The translations under genes were made by a program, and so were the position numbers. From contig JABHFS010000116.1 of the NCBI GenBank assembly GCA_018672475.1, forward strand, positions 621 to 64,620: 64,000 bases of DNA. The letters are read 5' to 3'. Below are positions 54,452-63,893 of this stretch, piece after piece. Origin of the DNA: Gemmatimonadota bacterium. Its GTDB lineage: Bacteria; Latescibacterota; UBA2968; UBA8231. Numbering within the stretch: the first letter of the stretch is position 1; each line of letters begins with the position of its first letter. The notes beneath the pieces were generated by a model. That model saw only the letters and a program-made list of their open reading frames with translations, searched no databases and was not told where the DNA came from.

Positions 54452-55513
54452 TTGCTCATGAATTCTTATCAGCAGGTTAATTCCGATGATTCTATTGATC
54501 GAGTTGCATTAAAGGGGCAAGTGATTCAGTCCTCTGGCAAAGTCGATTCTTGTGAATTTATCACTCAAAATGCCCAAGTCCGCCATTTGTTGTCTCAGGC
54601 TGATCGCGTGGCAAAAGCACCTGCCACTGTGCTTATCACCGGAGAGAGCGGTACGGGCAAAGAGGTGTTAGCTAAGCGTTTGCACGAACACAGTCCACGG
54701 CGTCGGGCGGCGTTTATACGGCTCAATTGCGCTTCGTTATCTGAAGGTGTGCTCGAGAGCGAGCTTTTTGGACATGAAAAAGGGGCCTTTACCGGCGCAA
54801 TCCGTCAACGTCTGGGTCGCTTCGAGCAGGCGGATCGGGGGACTTTATTTCTCGACGAGATCGGAGCAGCAGATTTGCGGGTGCAATTGCGTCTTTTACG
54901 CGTGCTGCAAGAACGCGAGTTCGAACGGGTCGGGGGGACGGAAACGCTACGGGTCGATGTGCGGGTCATCGCCGCGACCAATGTGGATTTGCAGGAGGAG
55001 GTCCGCAGGGGGAATTTTCGCGAAGATCTCTTTTATCGCCTCAATGTCATACAGCTCAAGCTCCCACCTTTGCGCCAGCGCAAAGGCGATATCCCGCTTT
55101 TGGTCGAATATTTTATTCGCAAGCTGGATACAGGCAAAGGCGGGCGGATTCGCACGGTCGATGCGGCGGCGCTGGATCACTTATCGGCGTATCCGTGGCC
55201 GGGCAATGTGCGGCAATTGGAGAATGCGGTTGAACGCATGGTTGTGCTCGCAGGTGGGGCGGTGTTGCAGCGGACGGATGTGCCTGAAGAAGTGTTGAAT
55301 TGGCGGGCGGATGATGCGGAACTTGTGGTGGACGGGGAAGGGTTCAGGGAGGCGCGATGTTCTTTTGAGCGGCATTTCCTCTGTTCGGCATTGCACCGGT
55401 ATCACGGGGTAATCTCACAGGTTGCCGAGGCTGTGGGGCTATCGCGCAAGAGTTTGTACGCAAAACTGGAGTATCTCGAGATCGATTACGAACGATACCG
55501 TCTACGATCATAA
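54452..55513 (+). CDS. Sigma-54-dependent transcriptional activator (bEBP) lacking an N-terminal receiver domain
   Basis: 353 aa. 'VLITGESGTGKEVLAKRLH' (Walker A), 'GAFTG' (GAFTGA), 'LFLDEIG' (Walker B) and a C-terminal Fis-type HTH 'ISQVAEAVGLSRKSLYAKL'. Only ~60 aa precede the AAA+ core. Confidence 0.8.
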   Translation: MLMNSYQQVNSDDSIDRVALKGQVIQSSGKVDSCEFITQNAQVRHLLSQADRVAKAPATVLITGESGTGKEVLAKRLHEHSPRRRAAFIRLNCASLSEGVLESELFGHEKGAFTGAIRQRLGRFEQADRGTLFLDEIGAADLRVQLRLLRVLQEREFERVGGTETLRVDVRVIAATNVDLQEEVRRGNFREDLFYRLNVIQLKLPPLRQRKGDIPLLVEYFIRKLDTGKGGRIRTVDAAALDHLSAYPWPGNVRQLENAVERMVVLAGGAVLQRTDVPEEVLNWRADDAELVVDGEGFREARCSFERHFLCSALHRYHGVISQVAEAVGLSRKSLYAKLEYLEIDYERYRLRS

Positions 55514-56560
55514 GTTTTCTCTGAGTGCCTGGCGGAACTTTGTCCTTTGTCCTTTTAGGTAGGTGCGGTGTTCGCCGTCCGGTGCTTCATTGGCGAGGGC
55601 CTGGCCCATAATGGCGGCGGCTTGAGCGTGTCGGCCGAGGAGGTGGAGTAACTCGGCGTAGGTATCTAGGTAGATCGGGCTTGTAGCTTCGAGCTTGACG
55701 GCCTGCATTGAGAGGCCCAGGGCATAATGCAGGCGTAGGCCTTCCTCGGCGTAGGTCCAGGCCAAGTTGTTGAGAATCATCGCATCGTTTGGTGCGCGGG
55801 CTAGGCCCCGTTCGTAGTATTCGATGGCGCGGTCGGGTTGCCGGTGTTCAGAATAGATCCGGGCGATGTCGACGGCGTCGATTACCTGGCTCGCGAATGC
55901 TTTGTGAAAAGTGCTGTCGGCTTGTGGATAGCGTTTTTGCCGCAGTTGGCAATCGCCTAAGATGAGCAATAGTTGCGGGGCATCGGGTTGAATAAGGAGA
56001 GCCTCGACAAGTATGTTTTCAGCTTCGGCGAAATGCTCCCTTGAAATGAGAATGCGACTGAGTTCGCTGCGGGCGAAGAGGTGATTGTAGTCGAGCTCGA
56101 TCGCCTGTCGAAAGGCCGTCATAGCTTCGTCGGCACGATCCTGCTGGCCGTGTAGCCATCCCTGCATCGCCGATAACCAGGCGCTCTGCGGGTGGGCGGT
56201 AGCCAGGCGCGTGAGGATCTGCGTTGTCTGCTCGAAACGTTCATAGCGCAAGCAGATATCGCGGAGGACGGCGTAGAGCTCGCCATTGTCCGGTTCCAAG
56301 TCGATCGCCCGGCGGAGGAAGTCCAACGCCGGGTCCAGTTGATCCAGTCCCATATGGGCCAGGGTGGAGATGACGAGCAAGTGGGCGGTGTCGCCCTCTT
56401 CGCGCAGGGCTCGCCGGGTTTCGGTCAGGGCTTGCTCGTAGAGACTGTCGCGCAGGTAGATTTGTGCCAATTGCGTATGGGTGCGGTAGGCCCCGCATTG
56501 CGGGTTGTCGATGACGAAGACACCGAGCAGAGCGGCGCAGCAGAACAGATACCGGGTCAT
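55508..56560 (-). CDS. TPR repeat protein with an N-terminal signal/anchor
   Basis: Start at M274 of ORF 55508..57379; upstream is an Arg-rich artefact overlapping rodA. 'MTRYLFCCAALLGVFV'. Multiple TPRs ('AIELDYNHLFARSELSRI', 'AIEYYERGLARAPNDAMILNNLAWTY'). The ATG overlaps the rodA stop (tgATGa). Confidence 0.6.
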   Translation of the reverse strand: MTRYLFCCAALLGVFVIDNPQCGAYRTHTQLAQIYLRDSLYEQALTETRRALREEGDTAHLLVISTLAHMGLDQLDPALDFLRRAIDLEPDNGELYAVLRDICLRYERFEQTTQILTRLATAHPQSAWLSAMQGWLHGQQDRADEAMTAFRQAIELDYNHLFARSELSRILISREHFAEAENILVEALLIQPDAPQLLLILGDCQLRQKRYPQADSTFHKAFASQVIDAVDIARIYSEHRQPDRAIEYYERGLARAPNDAMILNNLAWTYAEEGLRLHYALGLSMQAVKLEATSPIYLDTYAELLHLLGRHAQAAAIMGQALANEAPDGEHRTYLKGQRTKFRQALRENL

Positions 56561-57801
56561 CAGTACTCGTGACGGTAGGTGTAGATGTGGAGGAGCAAGC
56601 CAATGGCGACGAGATTGGAAAGCAAAGATGATCCCCCAGAACTTAAGAAGGGCAAGGGCAATCCGGTAACGGGCATGACGCCAATGGTCATACCGATATT
56701 GACGAAGACGTGAAAGGTCAACATCGAGGCCAGGCCGATGGCGATCAGGCTGTAGAAACGGTTCTTGACCATTGCCCCGATTTGTAAGGCGCGGGTGATA
56801 ATGAAGAAGAACAGGGCCAATACCACCAAGGCACCGACAAAACCCAATTCTTCGCCGATGACGGAAAAGATAAAGTCGGTATGGGCCGCAGGAAGGAACT
56901 CGTATTTGGTTTGCGTACCGCCGAGAAAGCCCTTGCCGGTCAAGCCGCCGGAACCAATGGCGATTTTGGACTGGATGATATTCCAACCGGAACCGAGCCG
57001 GTCGCTCTCGGGATCGAGAAAGGTCATAATTCGGTCTTTTTGGTACTGGCGCAGGAAATGGTCCCACAGGTATACGGTGATCAGACCCGCTGAGAGGTTG
57101 ACGGCGATCATGGTGATGGTCACCCAGAGCCGGCCTAAGAGCAGGTGGATGAAAGCGGTGCTGCCGATAATGAAAGTGGCGAAAATATAGGGTGCGGCTC
57201 CTTGCCACAACGGTTCGAAAGAACAGATGACGCTGATGATCGGCGAGACGACGAGAAAGATGAAGAGTTTGCGCATACCGGCCCAGTAGAGCATCGGAAA
57301 GAGTGGTGCGCCAAAGGAAATTGCGGTGCCGAGGTCGGGTTGGCGCACGATCAGGGCCATGGGCACGAGGCTGATGCACAGGGCGCCGAGGAAGCCGCGA
57401 GGTTTGTTGATCCTCTCGGTTGTGCAGTCGCTCAGGTAGCGCGCGAGGGCGATGATCGTCGTGATTTTAGCTAGCTCGGAGGGTTGCAGGCGCAGGGGCC
57501 CCAAACGCAGCCAGCGGGCAGCGTCGTCGCCAGTGCCCCAGGCCAATACCGCTAGGAGGCTCAATAGGCCGAAGAGATAGAGGGGGTGGGCAATACTGTA
57601 GATGACTTTGTCGGGAATATAGACGATAGCCAAGCTCACCGCTAAGGCAAAGAAGGCGAATTTGGCTTGTTTGTCCCAGGCGTTCTGGACTGCGGTCGAG
57701 TCGCTGTGGAAGGCGGCGCTGTAGATCATCGTCACGCCCAGCAACACCGTTACCAAGGTGGCGGCCAGGAGTAGGAAATCGAGTTCGCGAAACAGGCGCA
57801 T
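56560..57801 (-). CDS. rodA: SEDS-family peptidoglycan glycosyltransferase RodA/FtsW
   Basis: 413 aa. About 10 TM helices. 'PSELAKITTIIALARYL', 'QPDLGTAI' and 'HTDFIFSVIGEELGFVGA'. Immediately downstream of the PBP2 gene. Confidence 0.8.
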   Translation of the reverse strand: MRLFRELDFLLLAATLVTVLLGVTMIYSAAFHSDSTAVQNAWDKQAKFAFFALAVSLAIVYIPDKVIYSIAHPLYLFGLLSLLAVLAWGTGDDAARWLRLGPLRLQPSELAKITTIIALARYLSDCTTERINKPRGFLGALCISLVPMALIVRQPDLGTAISFGAPLFPMLYWAGMRKLFIFLVVSPIISVICSFEPLWQGAAPYIFATFIIGSTAFIHLLLGRLWVTITMIAVNLSAGLITVYLWDHFLRQYQKDRIMTFLDPESDRLGSGWNIIQSKIAIGSGGLTGKGFLGGTQTKYEFLPAAHTDFIFSVIGEELGFVGALVVLALFFFIITRALQIGAMVKNRFYSLIAIGLASMLTFHVFVNIGMTIGVMPVTGLPLPFLSSGGSSLLSNLVAIGLLLHIYTYRHEY

Positions 57802-57811
57802 GGGCGGACTT

Positions 57812-59572
57812 TCAGTGTGCGGTTAGCAGCGTGTCGGTGGCCGCCTGGTCGGCGGTGCCGCTTTGCTTGAAGTAGGCCTCGATGACTTGGCGCACGATTG
57901 GGCCGGCTACCGCGCCGCCGCCGCCGCCGCCTTCTATCACGGCGGCAATGGCGATCGTCGGGTTCTCATAAGGCGCAAAGGCTACGAACCACGCGTCGTT
58001 GTTGCGGTTGGGTACTTGCGCGGTGCCGGTCTTGGCGGCGATTGCTATGCCATCGATCTGGACTCTGCGTCCGGTGCCACGGTTTCCGTATACAACTTGG
58101 TACATGGCTTTGCGCACGATTTTCAATGTTGCCGGGGTGATTCCTTCGATGGGTTGACGCTCGGGTGGTTCGCCGCTCAGATAAGGCGTGACCAGGTAGC
58201 CGCCATTGGCGATCGCGGCGGTGTAGCGGGCCATTTGGATTGGGGTGACCAGCATCGCGCCTTGCCCGATGATGAGGTTGAGCAGGTGGCCAAAGGTCCA
58301 ACCTTCGCGTTCCTGATAGTATTGGCGCGACGGCAGCAGGCCTTCGGCTTCGCTGGGGTCGAGGGCGATACCCGTCGGATGGCCGAAACCGAATTTGTCC
58401 GCGTATTCTCGCCAGGTTTTAAACCCGAGGATTTGTGCTAGATGGTGGAAATAGATATTGCAGGAGGTTTCGATCGCCTCTAAGAGGTTCATCTCGCCGT
58501 GGCCGTCGAGTTTATTGCAGTGAAAGACGACGTCACCGACCGCCAGAGAACCGGCGCAGGCTTCGAAAGTGCTCAAGGTGTCGGTGATACCCGTTTCAAG
58601 GGCGGCGATGGCACCGATCATCTTCAGTGTGGATCCCGGGGGGTAGCGTCCCCTGATGGCCCTGTTGAGCAAGGTCGTCTTGCTTTGCAGCACCTTCTGG
58701 CGTTCTTCCTGGGCTTGGAAGGATACGAATATATTGGCGTCGAAAGTCGGTTTGTTGACCAGGGCTAGCACGGCGCCGGTTTGCGGGTTTATCGCGACGA
58801 TCGATCCGGCAAGCGTATCGGGCAAGGCGCGTTCGGCGGCGAGCTGGACTTCGAGGTCGATGGTCAGGTGCAGTTCGTTGCCTGATACGGCCCACTGGTC
58901 GAGCTCGGGAAGCTCGCGTCCGGTGCGTCCTGCGGCGTCGACTTCGAGGTAGTGGACGCCGTCTAGGCCGCGCAGGTTATTCTCGTAAATCTTCTCGATT
59001 CCGGTTTTACCGATGAAATCCCCGGGCATGTAAGTTTTCCCCGGCGCGTTTATCAGGCTCTGGTCCTGAATAATGCCCATATAACCGAGCAGGTGGGCAG
59101 TCGAGTGGCTATAGGGGTAATGGCGTTGGGTCTCGATCTCGATGTCGAGTAGCGGCCAGTCGGCTTTGAGCAACTCTTCGACGATCGACACGGTGCGGAA
59201 ATCGACATCGCGCTTGAGGCGGATAGTGCGGTGGCGTCGGCTGTAGTTGTCGTTGATTTCGTGATCACCGATGGCCTCCTTGAAGGCGGTCGCGGTCGCG
59301 TCGAAATCCTTGCGCGTCGTGCGTTCCAACGAGACGGAGTAGAAGGCGCGGTTGCGGGCCAGAACCCGTCCGTCGCGGTCGTATATCAGGCCGCGAGGGG
59401 CTTTGATCCGCTTCTGGGCTATGCGATTTTCGTCCGATTCGCGGGCGTAGTCGTCCGATGTGGTGACTTGCAGGTACAACAAGCGTAGGACCAGCACGGC
59501 GAAAAGCAGGGTGACGACTCGGAGGAGGCCGTTGATCTGCGGGCGTTGGTCCTGTTGCGGCAGATGTTCCAC
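57812..59572 (-). CDS. mrdA: Penicillin-binding protein 2 (peptidoglycan D,D-transpeptidase MrdA)
   Basis: 586 aa. N-terminal TM anchor and a PBP dimerisation domain. Transpeptidase motifs: 'STLK' in 'YPPGSTLKMIGAIAAL', 'SCN' in 'SCNIYFHH' and 'KTGTA'. Confidence 0.85.
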   Translation of the reverse strand: MEHLPQQDQRPQINGLLRVVTLLFAVLVLRLLYLQVTTSDDYARESDENRIAQKRIKAPRGLIYDRDGRVLARNRAFYSVSLERTTRKDFDATATAFKEAIGDHEINDNYSRRHRTIRLKRDVDFRTVSIVEELLKADWPLLDIEIETQRHYPYSHSTAHLLGYMGIIQDQSLINAPGKTYMPGDFIGKTGIEKIYENNLRGLDGVHYLEVDAAGRTGRELPELDQWAVSGNELHLTIDLEVQLAAERALPDTLAGSIVAINPQTGAVLALVNKPTFDANIFVSFQAQEERQKVLQSKTTLLNRAIRGRYPPGSTLKMIGAIAALETGITDTLSTFEACAGSLAVGDVVFHCNKLDGHGEMNLLEAIETSCNIYFHHLAQILGFKTWREYADKFGFGHPTGIALDPSEAEGLLPSRQYYQEREGWTFGHLLNLIIGQGAMLVTPIQMARYTAAIANGGYLVTPYLSGEPPERQPIEGITPATLKIVRKAMYQVVYGNRGTGRRVQIDGIAIAAKTGTAQVPNRNNDAWFVAFAPYENPTIAIAAVIEGGGGGGAVAGPIVRQVIEAYFKQSGTADQAATDTLLTAH

Positions 59573-59579
59573 GTTGGAT

Positions 59580-60062
59580 TCAGATGGGAAACAGGTAACG
59601 CCTAAGATTCAGGCCGGCGGAGAAGAGGGTGCCGAGCAGGGCCGTGTAGACTGCGCGGCCCAAACCGTAGCGCAACCAGAAATAGGGCACGTCCAGCAAG
59701 CCTATGGCGCTGGTGCCGAGATAGTAGATCAGGTCGTGGCAGAGCACGGCGCCGAAGAGCAGGCCGATCTGGACTTGGATATTGTCGGCGACGATGCGCG
59801 AGCGGCCGTAGCCGACGGCAAAGCCGATGAGCGATTTGCTCAGGGCGTTGAGCCCTAGGTCGGCGGGGTGGTAGATGTCCTGCATAAAGCCAATACCGAA
59901 ACCCATGCAGATGGCGACGAGCGGCCCTTCGCGCAAGGCTATATAGGTCAGGGCCAGGAGGATCAAGTCCGGTTTGAGCGAAGAGATCTCGAAAAAATCG
60001 ATCCAGGTGGTTTGCAGCGCGAAGGCTAATACCAGCAGGAAAATATAACGAATCGAGTCCAT
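59580..60062 (-). CDS. mreD: Rod shape-determining protein MreD
   Basis: Start at M53 of ORF 59580..60218. 'MDSIRYIFLLVLAFALQTTWIDFFEISSLKPDLILLALTYIALREGP' with 4-5 hydrophobic helices. Positioned upstream of mrdA. Confidence 0.7.
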   Translation of the reverse strand: MDSIRYIFLLVLAFALQTTWIDFFEISSLKPDLILLALTYIALREGPLVAICMGFGIGFMQDIYHPADLGLNALSKSLIGFAVGYGRSRIVADNIQVQIGLLFGAVLCHDLIYYLGTSAIGLLDVPYFWLRYGLGRAVYTALLGTLFSAGLNLRRYLFPI

Positions 60063-60063
60063 A

Positions 60064-61986
60064 TCACTTGGGAATCTGTAGGGTTGTGCCCGCCAGCAGC
60101 GTCGAAGAAGGGCTGATATTGTTCTGGCGAGCGATTTCGTTGGGTTCGCGGCCGAATTTGCGGGCGATGCTATAGAGGGTGTCGCCCTGGACCACGGTGT
60201 AGACGCTCTTGTCGACAATGGCCAGTTGTTGCCCCGGTTTGATGATTGCGTTGTTCAAACCGTTCGACGCCTGTAGGTCATTCACGCTGATCTTAAAACG
60301 CCGGGCCAGGTCCCAGAGCGTGTCGCCTGGTTGCACCGTATAGATTTTGCGGCCCTTGCCATCGGAGACCGTAGGCGCTGGACGTCGAGGTTGCAGTTTC
60401 CACAAGACGAGTTTCTGTCCGGGTCTAATCAGTGTTTTATCAAGTTTGTTCCAGCGCATCAGGTCGCGTAGGCGGACCCCGTTTTGGTGGGCGATGCGGT
60501 CGAGCGAGTCGCCGGGGCGCACGGTATAGGTCCGTTTTGTTTGGTCTCTACCCTTACTGGCGCTGAGTTCAATGCCCGGAGCGGCGGGAATGTAGAGAAT
60601 CTGTTTCGGCCGGATGAGATTGGGGTTCTTGAGGCTGTTGGCCGCGGCGATCGTCCGGGTGTTGATGCCGAAGGCCTTGGCGATGCTCGAGATATTGTCG
60701 CCGTATTGTACCTCGTACTGGTAGACGGCGGCTTTTTGTGCCGAGGGCAGGCGGGCGTATTTTTCGAGAAAGAGCGCGCCCTTGTCCGGCGGCACCCGCA
60801 GGCGATAGGGGGGGGCGCCGGGCGGGGTAATGGCCTGGCGCAGTTCCGGGTTAAGGTCGCGCAGGGCCGCGTATTTGATGTCTAGGATTTTGGCAGCGGC
60901 AACTAAGTCGACGTAGGGCCACTTCTTGGGGAGGGTGACTTCTTCGTAAGCGAAGGCCGCTTCGAACTCCTCGAGTTCGAAGCCAAAGAGCTGCGGTTCC
61001 TTAGCGATGATCGCCGCGGCCATAAAGAGCGGCACGTAATTTTTCGTTTCGCGCGGTAGTTCGAGTTGCCAGAAGTCGCGGGTGCCTGCTTTGGCGATGG
61101 CCCGGGTGACTCGTCCCGTTCCTGAGTTATAAGCGGCCAGGGCCAAACGCCAGTCAGAAAAATGGCGGAAGAGGTCTTGTAAGTGTCGCGCCGCACCGAC
61201 AGTGGATTTGATCGGATCGCGGCGCTCGTCGACCCAATGCGTGCGGTCGAGGCCGACCATCTGGCCGGTATGTGCCATAAACTGCCATAAGCCGACCGCC
61301 CGGGCCCGCGAATAGGCCTTGGGATTGAAACCACTTTCGATCATTGCCAGGTAGAAGAGGTCGGTGGGTAGATTTTCGCGGCGCAAGATGTCGTTGATCA
61401 GTGAGTTGAAACGTCCCGAACGGCGCATCCAGGTGGAGAAGGTCTGGCGGCCCCTGGTTTGGAAAAAGTGGATGCTGGCGGCGACTCGGGCATTGGCGTC
61501 GATGGGGATGTCGCATCGGCGGCTGAGTTGGTGGATGCGGACCAGTGGTGCGGCGTCGGGGGGCAGGTCCTCGATGGTCTCTTCGGACAGGCCTTCGAGC
61601 AGGAGAACTAAGGGGCTGTCGTCCGAAAAATGTTCCAGATGAGGTAGAAGGTCCAGGTAGGCTTTTTCGATCGCTACACCCAGACTTGCGGCTTCAGTGG
61701 TATCGGTGGGGGTGTCGTGTTCGTCGAGGTCGGCTAGGATCCGGAAGGCGCGGTCTAAGTCTTCCTGTGATCGTTGGGCTTGGTCTAGGGTCTGGCCCTC
61801 GATCGCCCGAAGCAAGTGCCAACGCGCGGCGCGGAGATCGGAAATGTCGGTGGGTATATCGGTGGGTATGTCGGTGGGTATGTCGGTGGGCACCGTCTCG
61901 TCGAAGACCGTGCTTTCTCCCCTTTGCCAAGGCGCACAGGCCAGTAATGTCAAGGAGAGACCGAAACTAAAAAGCAGCGAACGCAC
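60064..61986 (-). CDS. Membrane-bound lytic murein transglycosylase D-like (SLT domain + three LysM repeats)
   Basis: 640 aa. Lipoprotein-like 'LTLLACAP'. SLT domain 'DLFYLAMIESGFNPKAYSRARAVGLWQFMAHTG'. LysM repeats: 'YTVRPGDSLDRIA', 'YTVQPGDTLWDLA' and 'YTVVQGDTLYSIA'. Confidence 0.8.
   Translation of the reverse strand: MRSLLFSFGLSLTLLACAPWQRGESTVFDETVPTDIPTDIPTDIPTDISDLRAARWHLLRAIEGQTLDQAQRSQEDLDRAFRILADLDEHDTPTDTTEAASLGVAIEKAYLDLLPHLEHFSDDSPLVLLLEGLSEETIEDLPPDAAPLVRIHQLSRRCDIPIDANARVAASIHFFQTRGRQTFSTWMRRSGRFNSLINDILRRENLPTDLFYLAMIESGFNPKAYSRARAVGLWQFMAHTGQMVGLDRTHWVDERRDPIKSTVGAARHLQDLFRHFSDWRLALAAYNSGTGRVTRAIAKAGTRDFWQLELPRETKNYVPLFMAAAIIAKEPQLFGFELEEFEAAFAYEEVTLPKKWPYVDLVAAAKILDIKYAALRDLNPELRQAITPPGAPPYRLRVPPDKGALFLEKYARLPSAQKAAVYQYEVQYGDNISSIAKAFGINTRTIAAANSLKNPNLIRPKQILYIPAAPGIELSASKGRDQTKRTYTVRPGDSLDRIAHQNGVRLRDLMRWNKLDKTLIRPGQKLVLWKLQPRRPAPTVSDGKGRKIYTVQPGDTLWDLARRFKISVNDLQASNGLNNAIIKPGQQLAIVDKSVYTVVQGDTLYSIARKFGREPNEIARQNNISPSSTLLAGTTLQIPK
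61846..61895. repeat. Tandem 12-nt repeat (x4) encoding (PTDI)4 in the lytic transglycosylase N-terminus
   Basis: 'gtcggtgggtat' units read directly; in-frame on the minus strand. Confidence 0.6.
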
Positions 61987-61992
61987 TGGGGA

Positions 61993-62874
61993 TTAATCCT
62001 CTCGGGGGACGAGGATTTGGGAGCGGACTTTCAGGGCGTTGGGGTAATAGGCTTCGATTTTCTCGGTAGCCGCCTGGGCTTGGGGGTCGGTGCGGTAGTG
62101 GCCGACTTCGACTTTGTACCAGGGTGCCTTGAAGGTTACGTCAATGTCCGGGCGGCGCAGGCGCTTTATGGCGCGGCCTTTGAGGCGGTTGGCTTCGTCG
62201 TGGGAGAGGAACTGGTCAATTAATACCCGCCAGCCGAAGGTGCGCACCATTTCAGTGGTTTTTTCCGCTTCTGCGGGGCGCGGTGTTTCAACTGCGGTGG
62301 CGCTCGGGTTGCTCAGCGGTGTTTCGATCGTGGCGCTGATGACATAGGCGTCGGCGTAATCGGGGCCGAGGGCGGCAACGCGACTTTTGAGCTTTTGCGC
62401 TTCTTGGCGGGTTTCGTATTGTCCGGCTTGCAGCAGGAAATGTTCGTCCCGGGTGATTAGATGGACCGTCGTGCCGAGCATCTGTTCCAATTCGGCTTGG
62501 CGCCTGCGGGCCACGGCCCCATTGCTTAAAGTTACCAACTGCAGTCGGAAGACGTTGACCGGTCCGTATTCGACGGGCAAGTCGGCGTCGATCTCGCTTG
62601 TGGGGTTGACGGTGGGTTCGCTGGTGAATTCGACGGTGGGTTCGCTGGTGAATTCGACGATGGGTTCGTGCAGACTTGCGCGTTGGAAGACCGGCTGGAT
62701 TAGCAAGAGGTCTTCGCCGAGGGAGCGGACGTCGAAAGTCTCGCGGACACTCTGCGCCGCGTCGACTGGCCCGGCGAGCAAGTTCGGCGTGTTCGACGGA
62801 CCGGCGCAACTGACGGCGCCGAGTAAAACTAGGAGCAGGAGCGGGGAGCGTTTCACGTTTCGACCCAAGTGCAT
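61993..62874 (-). CDS. SPOR domain-containing protein (two SPOR peptidoglycan-binding domains)
   Basis: 293 aa with a signal peptide. 'FRLQLVTLSNGAVARRRQAELEQ...LLQAGQYETRQEAQKLKSRV' and 'WRVLIDQFLSHDEANRLKGRAIKRL...YKVEVGHYRTDPQAQAATEKI' match the SPOR betaalphabetabeta pattern. Contains tandem 'EPTVEFTS' repeats. Confidence 0.65.
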   Translation of the reverse strand: MHLGRNVKRSPLLLLVLLGAVSCAGPSNTPNLLAGPVDAAQSVRETFDVRSLGEDLLLIQPVFQRASLHEPIVEFTSEPTVEFTSEPTVNPTSEIDADLPVEYGPVNVFRLQLVTLSNGAVARRRQAELEQMLGTTVHLITRDEHFLLQAGQYETRQEAQKLKSRVAALGPDYADAYVISATIETPLSNPSATAVETPRPAEAEKTTEMVRTFGWRVLIDQFLSHDEANRLKGRAIKRLRRPDIDVTFKAPWYKVEVGHYRTDPQAQAATEKIEAYYPNALKVRSQILVPRED

Positions 62875-63893
62875 AGAGCGGGCTCGAATGGGGCGCGAGC
62901 AATGCCTTTTTCCGAAATGATCGCTGTGACTAGCCGGTTGGGGGTTATGTCGAAGGCCGGGTTGTAGACCGGAACGTCGTCTGGGGCGGTGACTTTGCCC
63001 ATGCCGGCGCGAATCTCCGCGGGGTCCCGCTCTTCGATGGGGATTTCCTCGCCTGAAGCGAGGGAAATATCGAGGGTGGAGATCGGGGCCGCTACGTAGA
63101 AGGGCACGCCGTGTTCACGGGCTAGGATGGCCAGCCCGTAGGTGCCGATCTTATTGGCTACGTCGCCGTTGCGGGCGATGCGGTCGGCGCCGACGATACA
63201 GCAGTCGATGGTTTCACTACGCAGGACCGAGGCGGCCATATTGTCGCAGATGACTTTGACGTCGACACCGCTTTGCATTAATTCCCATGCGGTTAGCCTC
63301 GACCCTTGCAAAAGCGGTCGGGTTTCGTCGGCGAAGACGGCGACATTTTTCCCAGCCTCCTGGGCTGCGTAAATGACCCCGAGGGCGGTGCCGTAATCGG
63401 CGGTGGCTAGGCCCCCGGCGTTGCAGTGGGTGATGACTTGGCTGCCGTCGCGCAGCAATTCGGCGCCGTTGCGGCCCATTTGGCGACAGATGCGGCGGTC
63501 TTCTTCGAATAGGTGGTCGGCCGTCGCGAGGAGCGCGTCGCGGATGGTCTGGTTACCGGAATCCGGGTGGGTCGACAGAAGCGCGCGCATCTGGTCGAGG
63601 GCCCAGAACAGGTTGACCGCGGTGGGACGGGTGCGGGCGAGCCGGTCGATAGAGGCTTCGACCCGACGGCGGAATTCTGCCGGATCGCAGTCGATGGCCT
63701 CTTGCGCGCCGACGACGACCCCGTAGGCGGCAGCCAAACCGATGGCCGGAGCGCCGCGTACCATTAGCACTTCAATGGCTTGCGCGATGGTCTCGACATC
63801 GGAGCAAGTCTCGTAGATCACTTCTTCGGGCAAGCGGGTTTGGTCGAGCAGGACCAGCGCGTTGTCCTGCCATTTGAGTGTTTGTACCGGCAT
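62853..63893 (-). CDS. mtnA: S-methyl-5-thioribose-1-phosphate isomerase (eIF-2B alpha/beta/delta family, MtnA)
   Basis: Start at M36 of ORF 62853..63998. 'MPVQTLKWQDNALVLLDQTRLPEEVIYETC...VRGAPAIGLAAAYGVV' and 'CNAGGLATADYGTALGVI...VFADETRPLLQGSRLTAWEL'. Confidence 0.8.
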   Translation of the reverse strand: MPVQTLKWQDNALVLLDQTRLPEEVIYETCSDVETIAQAIEVLMVRGAPAIGLAAAYGVVVGAQEAIDCDPAEFRRRVEASIDRLARTRPTAVNLFWALDQMRALLSTHPDSGNQTIRDALLATADHLFEEDRRICRQMGRNGAELLRDGSQVITHCNAGGLATADYGTALGVIYAAQEAGKNVAVFADETRPLLQGSRLTAWELMQSGVDVKVICDNMAASVLRSETIDCCIVGADRIARNGDVANKIGTYGLAILAREHGVPFYVAAPISTLDISLASGEEIPIEERDPAEIRAGMGKVTAPDDVPVYNPAFDITPNRLVTAIISEKGIARAPFEPALCTWVET

